Source: an uncultured Alphaproteobacteria bacterium
GTDB taxonomy: Bacteria > Pseudomonadota > Alphaproteobacteria > HIMB59 > GCA-002718135
Length of the DNA stretch: 64,000 nt
Direction of reading: 5' to 3'
Assembly: GCA_902567135.1 (NCBI GenBank)
Contig: CACFLO010000001.1
Span: 49,748 to 113,747, forward strand
Part shown: one piece after another, positions 38,671 through 47,546 of the stretch
How positions within the stretch are numbered: the first letter of the stretch is position 1
Layout of the letters: each line of letters opens with the position of its first letter
Notes under the pieces: model-generated
Told to the model about the DNA's origin: nothing
Database searches by the model: none
The model's input: only the letters and a program-made list of their open reading frames with translations
Position numbers and translations under genes: made by a program

Positions 38671-39642
38671 TTATTTTTTTTGACGAATTATAAAAATACT
38701 ACCCTTATCTCCACTTATATTTTTGAGACTCCTTGAAGAGTTTTTTGGGGGAGAAAAGGCATCTTTAGGGCCTATTTTAACCTTTGATTCATTACATGTA
38801 ATTTCCCACTCACCCTCTAGGCATAAATAAACTTCAGACTCAGGCAAAGTATAAGTATGTATATGTGCATTTTCTCCATGCAATAGGGTAAGCCCAAAAC
38901 CAGTTTTATGATCTATGTTAGGATTAAAATCTTTATTGTGAATATTGAAGCTATCTAAGTAATTTAAAATCGAATTTGAATTATAATGTTCATCATCTAG
39001 AAAATATTTGTTTTGATCTACAGAACGAATAACAAATTTTTCAATCTCTTGTGATGTGTAGTGATCAAATTGATTTAATTCATTTTCTTGCAAGGGTTCA
39101 ATTAATTTTTTTCCATTTGGTATTTCATTTTTATCTAAATCAATTAAAGAGTTATCATCTAGTAAAACCATACCAGTTTCTTTTGCTTTTTTTAATAAAG
39201 ATGGGGTCCAAGTAATCACACCAGGGTCATTTTCACCAAGTACAACAAACATTAAAGCTTGTTGATCACTAACATTTTGAAAACCTCTAAACATGTTAGT
39301 CGGAAAAGAAGCAACATCACCTCTATGCAATACTATTTCCCCTTCTTTGCCATCGGTACCCCAGTAGAAACGCCATGATCCAGAAAAAATTAAAAAAACT
39401 TCAGCAGTTGTATGACTATGTAATCCTGAACCGTTCATTGGGGCTGCACTTACAGCCCCTATATTAAAACCGTGTGCTTCTGCTATTTTGACATTTTGTT
39501 TTGTATCTTCACTAACACCAGGTCCAACTATAGAATAATTTAATCTATCCTGATGACCCTTTAACTTACCTTCTACAAAAGGAATCTTACTGGGAATAAG
39601 ATCATTAAATCTTGCTAAACGTGTATCTATATTTATTGACAT
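38671..39642 (-). CDS. Bicupin protein
   Basis: HSHTTAEVF..FSG.W and GDVASFP in domain 1; degenerate EVYLCLEGEW...D.FSPP in domain 2. Confidence 0.78.
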   Translation of the reverse strand: MSINIDTRLARFNDLIPSKIPFVEGKLKGHQDRLNYSIVGPGVSEDTKQNVKIAEAHGFNIGAVSAAPMNGSGLHSHTTAEVFLIFSGSWRFYWGTDGKEGEIVLHRGDVASFPTNMFRGFQNVSDQQALMFVVLGENDPGVITWTPSLLKKAKETGMVLLDDNSLIDLDKNEIPNGKKLIEPLQENELNQFDHYTSQEIEKFVIRSVDQNKYFLDDEHYNSNSILNYLDSFNIHNKDFNPNIDHKTGFGLTLLHGENAHIHTYTLPESEVYLCLEGEWEITCNESKVKIGPKDAFSPPKNSSRSLKNISGDKGSIFIIRQKK

Positions 39643-39661
39643 TTTAAGAAAAATTATATTT

Positions 39662-39699
39662 TATTCATTTTTAATGAATAATATTCAAAATATTGAATA
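39662..39699. promoter_or_regulatory. Cluster of TGAATA/TATTCA half-sites in a divergent promoter
   Basis: TATTCA at 39662, palindrome TGAATA-A-TATTCA at 39675-39687, TGAATA at 39694. Confidence 0.5.
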
Positions 39700-39750
39700 A
39701 ATCAATTTAATATTTTGTCTAAATTGTGAGTAACTGAAATATAAAGAATT

Positions 39751-40842
39751 ATGACAACCATTGAAAATTTTAAAACTGGAATCAAAAAAGAAGGAAGTAC
39801 TGAAGTAATTAATTTAGACCCAAAGATTAATATAGCAAATAAAAAAGAAATAAGAATTCTTTTAAAAAATATAGCAGAATCTAATTTAGAAAATATTAAT
39901 AAAAATATTAATGATGCCTATCATGATGATGCAGAAATAAGGGCTTTTCATCCACTTAATGACTTAAAAGGAGTTTCTGAAATATCAGAAATATTATGGA
40001 AACCACTTATAAATGCATTTCCCGATCTTGAAAGAAGAGATAACCTAATTCTTGGTGGCGCTTTTCAGGATAAAATTTTTGTTTCAACAATAGCTCATTT
40101 AACTGGGACTTTTGTAAATCCATGGCTTAATGTTCCTGCTCATGGCAAAACAATACATTTAAGAATATGTGAAGCACATCAAATTAAAGATAATAAAATC
40201 ATTCAATCACATATTCTAATTGATACATTAGATTTTATTCGTCAAGCCGGTTTATGGCCATTTAACAAATCCTTGGGCACAGAAGGTATGTGGCCTGGGC
40301 CAATAACAGGTGATGGTACAACATTTGAAAATATGGATAATGAATTATCAATCAATTCGATGAATCAAGCTTTAACAATGCAGAGAAGTTTAAATATAAA
40401 ACCAGAAACGGATCCCGGATCAACACCTGAATATGTCAGAGATAAATTACTAAATCATCCTCAAAAAGATTTTTGGCATCCTAAAATGATGTGGTACGGA
40501 CCATGCGGCATTGGTACAGCGAGAGGTTTAAAAGGATTTGTGGATCATCATCAATTACCTTTTAGACTTACATTCAAAGAGAGGGATTACTGGAAAATTG
40601 GTCATTATATAGAGATAGCAGATGGTAATTATTCGATGACATCAGGCTGGCATAGTATCGAATGTATTCATGGTTCAAGTGAATGGCTAGGGTACGAAGC
40701 AACAAATAAGTCATTAACAATGAGAGTAATGGATTTTTATTTGCATCATGAGGGTTTGATAAGAGAAAACTGGGTTCCAATAGATATAGCACACATTTTG
40801 CATCAAATTGGAATTGATGCTTTCAATCTAGTAAAAAAATAA
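39751..40842 (+). CDS. Tandem SnoaL/NTF2-like (ester cyclase family) protein
   Basis: AFPDLERR...GTF..PW..VP..GK and WYGPCGIG...MRVMDFY...IRENWVPID. Confidence 0.78.
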   Translation: MTTIENFKTGIKKEGSTEVINLDPKINIANKKEIRILLKNIAESNLENINKNINDAYHDDAEIRAFHPLNDLKGVSEISEILWKPLINAFPDLERRDNLILGGAFQDKIFVSTIAHLTGTFVNPWLNVPAHGKTIHLRICEAHQIKDNKIIQSHILIDTLDFIRQAGLWPFNKSLGTEGMWPGPITGDGTTFENMDNELSINSMNQALTMQRSLNIKPETDPGSTPEYVRDKLLNHPQKDFWHPKMMWYGPCGIGTARGLKGFVDHHQLPFRLTFKERDYWKIGHYIEIADGNYSMTSGWHSIECIHGSSEWLGYEATNKSLTMRVMDFYLHHEGLIRENWVPIDIAHILHQIGIDAFNLVKK

Positions 40843-40903
40843 CAGATTTAATAGATACTATCAGTTAATTATATATACAAAGTAAATTAATTAAGAGAAA
40901 AAA

Positions 40904-42190
40904 ATGACTATTTCATATATCAAAAAAGCAGATAAAACAGCCTCTTCAGATGAAGCAGAAACTCGTAAAAGAGTTCAAGATGTATTAAATGAAATTGAAT
41001 CAAGAAGAGATGAGGGTATAAAAGATATATCTCGTAAATTTGATAATTATGAAGGTGATGTAATTGTTTCTGAAGAAAAAATTGAAGAAGTTATTAAGTC
41101 TCTCGATCAAAAGGTAAAAGATGATGTTCAATTTTCTTATGACAGAGTAAGAAGTTTTGCTGAGCATCAATTAAAACACCTGAATAATGATTTTGAAGTC
41201 GAATTATCACCAGGATTGTTTGCAGGCCAAAAACTGATTCCTGTTAATAGTGTTGGTTGTTATGTTCCTGGTGGTCGTTATAATAATATTGCATCAGCAG
41301 TAATGAGTATTACAACAGCAAAAGTTGCTGGTGTAAAAAATGTTATTGCGGCAAGTCCTCCGAAAGATGAAAATGGGGCTAACCCAATAATTATTTACAC
41401 GGCAAATTTATGTGGTGCTGATGTTATTATGAATATTGGCGGTATTGGAGCAATAGGTGCTTTTGCTTATGGCTGTTTTGGTAATCCTGAAGTTGATATG
41501 ATTGTTGGCCCAGGCAATCAGTATGTTGCTGAAGCAAAAAGAATTTTATACGGGAAAGTAGGAATTGATTTATTTGCAGGACCAACTGAGATAGGAATTA
41601 TAGCTGATCGCACAGCAGATAAAGAAATGATTGCTGTTGATTTAGTAGGACAAGCAGAGCATGGACCGAACTCCCCTGCTTGGCTATATTCCACTGATCA
41701 AAAATTATGTGACTATGTTATTCAAAGAGTACCTGAATTAATTGCTGCACTTCCTGAAACGTCAAGAAATAATGCTGGAGCAGCATGGCGAGATTACGGA
41801 GAAGTTATTCTATGTGATACGAATGAAGAGTTATGTGAGATTAGTGATCAATATGCACCTGAACATTTAGAAGTACAAGCAGAAAATTTGAATTGGTGGC
41901 TTGAAAAATTAAAAAACTATGGATCTTTATTTTTAGGTGAAGAGACAACTGTTGCTTACGGAGATAAATGCTCAGGTACTAATCATATTCTTCCAACAAA
42001 AGGGGCAGCAAAATATACGGGCGGTTTATTTGTTGGTAAGTTTATTAAAACAGTTACTTTCCAGCGTATGTCAAAAGAATCAAATAAAGAAGTTGGTGCA
42101 GCAGCTGCTAGAATTTCTCGGTTAGAAGGAATGGAAGCACACGCTAGAACAGGAGATGCTCGTTTACGAAAATACGGATTTCAAAACTAA
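40904..42190 (+). CDS. hpsN: Sulfopropanediol (DHPS) 3-dehydrogenase, histidinol dehydrogenase fold
   Basis: MTISYIKKA N-terminus, YVPGGRY, GPGNQYVAEAK, QAEHG, AWRDYGEV, APEHL, YGDK.SGTNH.LPT, EGMEAHA: HpsN-type rather than HisD-type. Confidence 0.85.
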   Translation: MTISYIKKADKTASSDEAETRKRVQDVLNEIESRRDEGIKDISRKFDNYEGDVIVSEEKIEEVIKSLDQKVKDDVQFSYDRVRSFAEHQLKHLNNDFEVELSPGLFAGQKLIPVNSVGCYVPGGRYNNIASAVMSITTAKVAGVKNVIAASPPKDENGANPIIIYTANLCGADVIMNIGGIGAIGAFAYGCFGNPEVDMIVGPGNQYVAEAKRILYGKVGIDLFAGPTEIGIIADRTADKEMIAVDLVGQAEHGPNSPAWLYSTDQKLCDYVIQRVPELIAALPETSRNNAGAAWRDYGEVILCDTNEELCEISDQYAPEHLEVQAENLNWWLEKLKNYGSLFLGEETTVAYGDKCSGTNHILPTKGAAKYTGGLFVGKFIKTVTFQRMSKESNKEVGAAAARISRLEGMEAHARTGDARLRKYGFQN

Positions 42191-42191
42191 A

Positions 42192-42593
42192 TTATTTATC
42201 TTCTAGCTCACCTTTCTTGCGCATTTCTTTTCTAATATTCGTTGCAGAAATTTTATGTATTTCTGTTCCTAAGTCATGTTCAGTAAATGTGTACCCTACG
42301 CCCCTACCATAGGATATATCAGTAATGTTAGGCACCTTAATCACTACATACTCTTGACCTTCTTTATATCCATGAGTTTTCAGGCCTTCCATTATATTTT
42401 TTTTTACTTCTTCAAATTGGAATGGATTATCTGATTGGCCATCTACACCAGCATCTACTCCACCTACATCACGGTACATAATGCAAACCTGTCCAGTTTT
42501 TTGCAATGCTCTTTTAAATAATTCTGTATGACCATCATGCCAAGGCTGCCAACGTCCAAGCATCTCTACAGTAGGTTTTTTCCAATCAAACAT
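42192..42593 (-). CDS. Small HIGH-superfamily nucleotidyltransferase (cytidylyltransferase-like)
   Basis: GRWQPWHDGH (cf. NMNAT GRFQPxHxGH) and C-terminal ISATNIR. Confidence 0.8.
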   Translation of the reverse strand: MFDWKKPTVEMLGRWQPWHDGHTELFKRALQKTGQVCIMYRDVGGVDAGVDGQSDNPFQFEEVKKNIMEGLKTHGYKEGQEYVVIKVPNITDISYGRGVGYTFTEHDLGTEIHKISATNIRKEMRKKGELEDK

Positions 42594-43080
42594 TTTTAAT
42601 TTTCTTAGCTAACAATTTTATTTCATCATCAGTTAAAAAACTCGTTATGTGCTGGTTAATATTGCTTGGCTCTTCAAACATTTTCGTTGTATCATCAAAT
42701 TTCTTACTAGTCGAAAGAGATTGTGCATCAAATGGAAGATTGTTAATTTCATTAAGTTGATTTAATTTTTCAGTTACAACTCGTCCTGCCTTAATAGTAT
42801 CCATCCAAATAACATAATCAGCATCAAATGCTTTTCTTGCTTTCTCTGTAGGTGCTACAAAGTCACACACAACCCATCTGCCATTATTTTTTTCAAAATC
42901 TGCAAATGTCTTCATTCTATTAGCTTGTCTCATTCTACCTTCGATTTCAAAATCCCAATCATTGGCATATTTACGAACAAAATCAGCATTGTACCAAGCA
43001 CAGTTATCCAAATGCTTTACTAGTCTTTCAGATAACCATGTTTTGCCAGACCCAGGTAAGCCACAAACCAATATTTTCAT
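42586..43080 (-). CDS. Adenylyl-sulfate kinase-like P-loop kinase
   Basis: GLPGSGKT, NADFVR, DWDF..EGR.RQA.R, DFVAP, FEEP parallel CysC motifs. Confidence 0.75.
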   Translation of the reverse strand: MKILVCGLPGSGKTWLSERLVKHLDNCAWYNADFVRKYANDWDFEIEGRMRQANRMKTFADFEKNNGRWVVCDFVAPTEKARKAFDADYVIWMDTIKAGRVVTEKLNQLNEINNLPFDAQSLSTSKKFDDTTKMFEEPSNINQHITSFLTDDEIKLLAKKIKNV

Positions 43081-43212
43081 AATTATAATGTTATTAAATA
43101 TTTATTTATTTAACGCAATAAATGTTTCATTTTGGTAAAAATTCTTTAAGAACCTATGGAAACATACGAAAACTATCATAAATAATGATTAAATTTTGAG
43201 GAAATATACGGA

Positions 43213-44007
43213 ATGATTTCAACTAATCCCTTTGCAGAATTGTCACTAACCTTCCCTTCCTTTTTAATGCAGTTATTTGTTATCTTGATGATAGTTTTAG
43301 TTATCATTGGCACTGTTATGGATATAATCCATAAAAAAAATGTAAAATATTTTTTTCAAAATGCTAAAAAAGCAAAACTTCAAGCTAAAACAGAAGTTAG
43401 TACGGGCGAAAAAACATCCATAGTTCTAAAAACAGTAGCTCATGAAATATTAACAACTTCTGAATTAGGTGCAGGAAAAAGAAGAGTGGCTCATCTATTA
43501 GGTATGTACGGAACTATTATTTTCTGGATTTCTTCCGTTATTATGATCTTTTGTTATTCGTCAACAAATATAGTTACCCCTACTTACTGGCCAATCTTAT
43601 GGCACATAGGGGCTTTAATGACTTGTCTTGGTGGATACTGGTTTTGGTTTTTTCTAAGAGTCGATGTTGCAGCAGAAGCATATCCTTGGTACCGCATTAT
43701 ACAAGCAGATCTATTTGTTTTGGCACTTATTATTACATCAACCTTAGCTTTGATTTGGTCCTTTTTACAATTCGCAAACATTAAAATTTGGGATAGTTTA
43801 TTTTTAGCTTTATTTGGGCTTTCTAACTTAGTGTTATTTGGGGGTGTGTATTGGTCTAAATTTGCTCATATGTTTTATAAGCCAGGTGCTGCAATACAAA
43901 AGAATTTAGCTGAAGCTGATGGTTCAAGAGATAACCTTCCGCTTCCAGCAGATAAACCAAAACAATTTGGTTTAGGAATTAAAAGAGAAGCACCAAAACA
44001 TTATTAA
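43213..44007 (+). CDS. aprM: APS reductase membrane anchor
   Basis: Multi-TM protein upstream of aprB; RRVAHLLGMYG, WSKFAHMFYKP, FGLGIKRE.PKHY. Confidence 0.9.
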   Translation: MISTNPFAELSLTFPSFLMQLFVILMIVLVIIGTVMDIIHKKNVKYFFQNAKKAKLQAKTEVSTGEKTSIVLKTVAHEILTTSELGAGKRRVAHLLGMYGTIIFWISSVIMIFCYSSTNIVTPTYWPILWHIGALMTCLGGYWFWFFLRVDVAAEAYPWYRIIQADLFVLALIITSTLALIWSFLQFANIKIWDSLFLALFGLSNLVLFGGVYWSKFAHMFYKPGAAIQKNLAEADGSRDNLPLPADKPKQFGLGIKREAPKHY

Positions 44008-44046
44008 AAATTATGAAAAAAATTAATAAAAAAAGGAAAAAATAAA

Positions 44047-44517
44047 ATGTCAACTTTTGTATATATGACTAAATGTGATGGATGTGGACACTGCGTTGAT
44101 ATTTGTCCATCTGATATAATGCACATCGATAAAACGACTCGTAGAGCTGTTAACATTGAACCCAATATGTGTTGGGAATGTTATTCATGTGTAAAAGCAT
44201 GTCCTAATGAAGCAATTGATGCAAGAGGTTATGCGGACTTTGCTCCAATGGGTCATAGTGTTAGAGTTTTGCGTGAAGAAGAAAAAGGAACAATTTCATG
44301 GAGAATAAAATTTAGAAACGGAACAGAAAAAAACTTTGAATCTCCAATCACTACTAAACCTTGGGGTGAATATATTCCAAAACTAGCAGAAAAAGAATTG
44401 CCAACGAATGAAGAAAAAAATTCTCAACTTCTATATTCAGAACCAAATGGCCTTAATATTGATACAGGTCTTCCAAAAATGAATAAAAGTAAATTCAAAC
44501 AGGGTGTTTATTATTAA
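44047..44517 (+). CDS. aprB: Adenylylsulfate reductase beta subunit
   Basis: CDGCGHCVDICP and CWECYSCVKACP, RGYADFAP, W.IKFRNG. Confidence 0.95.
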   Translation: MSTFVYMTKCDGCGHCVDICPSDIMHIDKTTRRAVNIEPNMCWECYSCVKACPNEAIDARGYADFAPMGHSVRVLREEEKGTISWRIKFRNGTEKNFESPITTKPWGEYIPKLAEKELPTNEEKNSQLLYSEPNGLNIDTGLPKMNKSKFKQGVYY

Positions 44518-46376
44518 TGGCTAAAATAAAAACAGTTTATGAAAAATGTGATGTCCTCGTAGTAGGTGGAGGAATGGCAGGAACTGGAGCTGCATTTGAA
44601 GCAAGACACTGGGGTAGAGATTTAAAAATAATTTGTGTAGAAAAAGCTAACATAGATAGAAGTGGTGCAGTAGCGCAAGGTTTGTATGCGATCAATTGTT
44701 ATATGGGCATGCAGTGGGATGAAAATCAACCAGAAGATCATGTTCGTTATGCTAGAAATGATTTAATGGGAATAGTTCGCGAAGATCTTGGTTACGATAT
44801 GGCACGTCACGTCGACTCCACTGTTCATATGTTTGATGAATGGGGCTTACCAATGATGCGTAATGAAAAAACAGGACGCTATTTAAGAGAAGGTAAGTGG
44901 CAAATTATGATCCATGGAGAAAGTTATAAACCTATCGTAGCAGAAGCAGCAAAAAAATCAGCTGACAAAATTTACAACAGAATAATGATTACACACCTTC
45001 TAATGGATGAAAGTAAAGAAAACAGGGTTGGCGGTGCTGTTGGTTTTAATATGCGTACTGGAAACTTCCATGTCTTTAGAGCTAAAGCGGTAATAGTTGC
45101 TGCTGGTGGTGCATCACATATTTTTAAACCACGTGCAGTCGGTGAAGGTATGGGGAGAACATGGTATGCACCATGGAGTAATGGATCAGCTTATGCTTTA
45201 CCTATTGCTGTTGGAGCCAAAATGACTCAAATGGAAAATAGAATTGTTTTAACAAGATTTAAAGATGGATATGGTCCAGTTGGTGCTTATTTCCTTCATC
45301 TGAAAACGTATACTCAAAATGCCAATGGGGAAAATTATGAGAAAAAATGGTATGATAAAACTAAGGAATTGGTTGGTGAATACATCGATCACGTACCAGT
45401 ACCGACATGTTTACGCAATCATGCTTTTATTGAAGAGGTTAAAGCTGGAGGTGGACCAATACATATGGTTACTACAGAAGCCTTTCAAGATCCGCACTTA
45501 GAAACTGTTGGTTGGGAAAATTTCCTAGGCATGACTGTTGGTCAAGCAGTGGTTTGGGCATCTCAAGATATTGATCCAAAATATACTAATCCTGAATTAA
45601 CTACCTCTGAACCTTATGTTATGGGATCACATGCAACATGCTCAGGAGCATGGGTAAGTGGACCTGAAGATTTATCTCCTCCAGAATATTTTTGGGGATA
45701 TAACAGAATGCTTACTGTCGACGGACTTTTTGGTGCAGGTGATACTGTTGGTGGAAGTGCACATAAATTTTCTTCGGGATCTTTTACCGAGGGTCGCTTA
45801 GCAGCCAAAGCAGCAGTTAAATATATAGAAGATCTAGGTGATGAAGAAATTGAAGTTAATGACGAACAGTGTAATAATTTTAAAGAAATTATTTATAAAC
45901 CTCTAGAAAATTATCAAGTAGGAAGAAATGAAATAACTGGAGGTACAGTATCTCCAAGTTATATTTTACCAATACAAGGACTTCAGCGTCTTCAAAAAAT
46001 AATGGATGAATATGTAGGCGGTGTTGGTGTTAATTATATGACGAATGATAATTTGCTTAAAAGAGGAATTGAACTCTTAGGCATTCTACAAGAAGATCTT
46101 GAGAATGTAGGAGCTGAAGACTATCATCAACTTATGCGTGCTTGGGAATTAAAGCATCGTGCCCTAACTTCTCAATGTGTTGCTGAACATACTCTTTTCC
46201 GTGAAGAAACAAGATGGCCTGGATATTATTATCGAGGTGATCATATGAAATTGGATGATGAAAACTGGCATTGCTTAACAGTATCTAGAAGAGATCCTAA
46301 AACAGGTAAATTTACAATGGAGAAAGCCCCTCTTTATCATATCGTTGATGAAAAAGAAGAAAATGAATCTGCTTGA
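44517..46376 (+). CDS. aprA: Adenylylsulfate reductase alpha subunit
   Basis: GGGMAG, RSGAVAQGL.AIN, WQIMIHGESYK, RFKDGYGPVGA, HKFSSGSFTEGR, ETRWPGYYYR. Confidence 0.97.
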   Translation: MAKIKTVYEKCDVLVVGGGMAGTGAAFEARHWGRDLKIICVEKANIDRSGAVAQGLYAINCYMGMQWDENQPEDHVRYARNDLMGIVREDLGYDMARHVDSTVHMFDEWGLPMMRNEKTGRYLREGKWQIMIHGESYKPIVAEAAKKSADKIYNRIMITHLLMDESKENRVGGAVGFNMRTGNFHVFRAKAVIVAAGGASHIFKPRAVGEGMGRTWYAPWSNGSAYALPIAVGAKMTQMENRIVLTRFKDGYGPVGAYFLHLKTYTQNANGENYEKKWYDKTKELVGEYIDHVPVPTCLRNHAFIEEVKAGGGPIHMVTTEAFQDPHLETVGWENFLGMTVGQAVVWASQDIDPKYTNPELTTSEPYVMGSHATCSGAWVSGPEDLSPPEYFWGYNRMLTVDGLFGAGDTVGGSAHKFSSGSFTEGRLAAKAAVKYIEDLGDEEIEVNDEQCNNFKEIIYKPLENYQVGRNEITGGTVSPSYILPIQGLQRLQKIMDEYVGGVGVNYMTNDNLLKRGIELLGILQEDLENVGAEDYHQLMRAWELKHRALTSQCVAEHTLFREETRWPGYYYRGDHMKLDDENWHCLTVSRRDPKTGKFTMEKAPLYHIVDEKEENESA

Positions 46377-46713
46377 AAAATCCGATCAAGAAATTTTAGA
46401 TATAGCAAATCCTCTTTGGGATAATCTTGTAAATAGCTCAAATAAAAAAGACTATTTTGAATTTATAAAAGATTTTTCTGCCAAAATGCTATTTGGTGCT
46501 AATGAAGTAGAAATTGGGAAGCAGTGGGCAAGTAATAAATTGCTTACTAGCTTGGATGAAAATAAAATTTTTTTAGGATGTTTACGCAGGGATGAATTTG
46601 TTACTGTTTTATTTAAACAAAAAAGTAATCAGGTTTCTGGAGATTTTTTAGGCAGACTAGTGCTTGGCATTGAAGATGAACAAATTAAAATATTTGGTGC
46701 AACTATTTTTTAA
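46363..46713 (+). CDS. Hypothetical protein coupled to aprA (116 aa)
   Basis: ATG at 46363 overlaps the aprA 3' end; globular alpha+beta pattern. Confidence 0.7.
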   Translation: MNLLEKSDQEILDIANPLWDNLVNSSNKKDYFEFIKDFSAKMLFGANEVEIGKQWASNKLLTSLDENKIFLGCLRRDEFVTVLFKQKSNQVSGDFLGRLVLGIEDEQIKIFGATIF

Positions 46714-47498
46714 ATAGTATTGTTAGAGGCAATAAATTCTGGATTTAATAGACTCTCCTTTTGATTATATTTGATTTCTTTATTACTCAAAGTTAATATC
46801 TTTCCACCAGCTTCATTTAAAATAATATGACCAGCAGCTATATCCCATTCAGAAGTGGGTCCAAAACGAGGATAGATATCAGCGTTTCCATTGGCAATTA
46901 AGCAAAATTTTAATGAACTACCTGCTTGAATAATTTGAGCGTTAGGAAATTTTTCATTAACCCAAGTTGTAAAAGAGTTATTAGAGTGAGAACGACTTCC
47001 TATAATACGCACTGGATCAGATTGCTTTAAAACAGATATTTGTGTTGCTTTATCAAGACTATTTAGTTCGACACTAGTATCTATTGTAAATGTTCCATAT
47101 CCTTTTTGAGCAAAATAAATTGCTGATTTTGCAGGTGCAAATATAACTCCTAAAATTGGATTATTTTTTTCAACCAAAGCAATATTAACAGTAAATTCTC
47201 CATTATGTTTAATAAACTCCTTAGTGCCATCTAAAGGATCTACTAACCAGTATTTATTCCAACTCTTTCTTGTGCCCCATTTTACAAGTGATTCTTCACT
47301 TAATATTGGAATAGTTGTATCCAGATTATGAAGTGCGGTTTTAATTATTTTATTTGAAGCTAAATCAGCTTTAGTTAAAGGCGAAGAATCATTTTTATGA
47401 GTAACCTCAATATCATCTTTATAATATTCAAGAATTTTATTCCCTGCCCTTATAGAAATATTGCAAATGTCCAATATCAATTTTTTATTATCGATCAT
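46710..47498 (-). CDS. cysQ: 3'(2'),5'-bisphosphate nucleotidase
   Basis: SPLTKAD, LSEE, WLVDPLDGTKEF, GSSLKFC, YPRFGPTSEWDIAAG. Confidence 0.93.
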   Translation of the reverse strand: MIDNKKLILDICNISIRAGNKILEYYKDDIEVTHKNDSSPLTKADLASNKIIKTALHNLDTTIPILSEESLVKWGTRKSWNKYWLVDPLDGTKEFIKHNGEFTVNIALVEKNNPILGVIFAPAKSAIYFAQKGYGTFTIDTSVELNSLDKATQISVLKQSDPVRIIGSRSHSNNSFTTWVNEKFPNAQIIQAGSSLKFCLIANGNADIYPRFGPTSEWDIAAGHIILNEAGGKILTLSNKEIKYNQKESLLNPEFIASNNTI

Positions 47499-47546
47499 TT
47501 TAATTTGACTTTTATAGAACCTAAATTAGTGTTTTGATAGGTTTTT

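Noticed and set aside
40904..42190. Histidine biosynthesis hisD
   Set aside because: It has GDK rather than GDY, HpsN-type AWRDY and N-terminus, and no his genes nearby.
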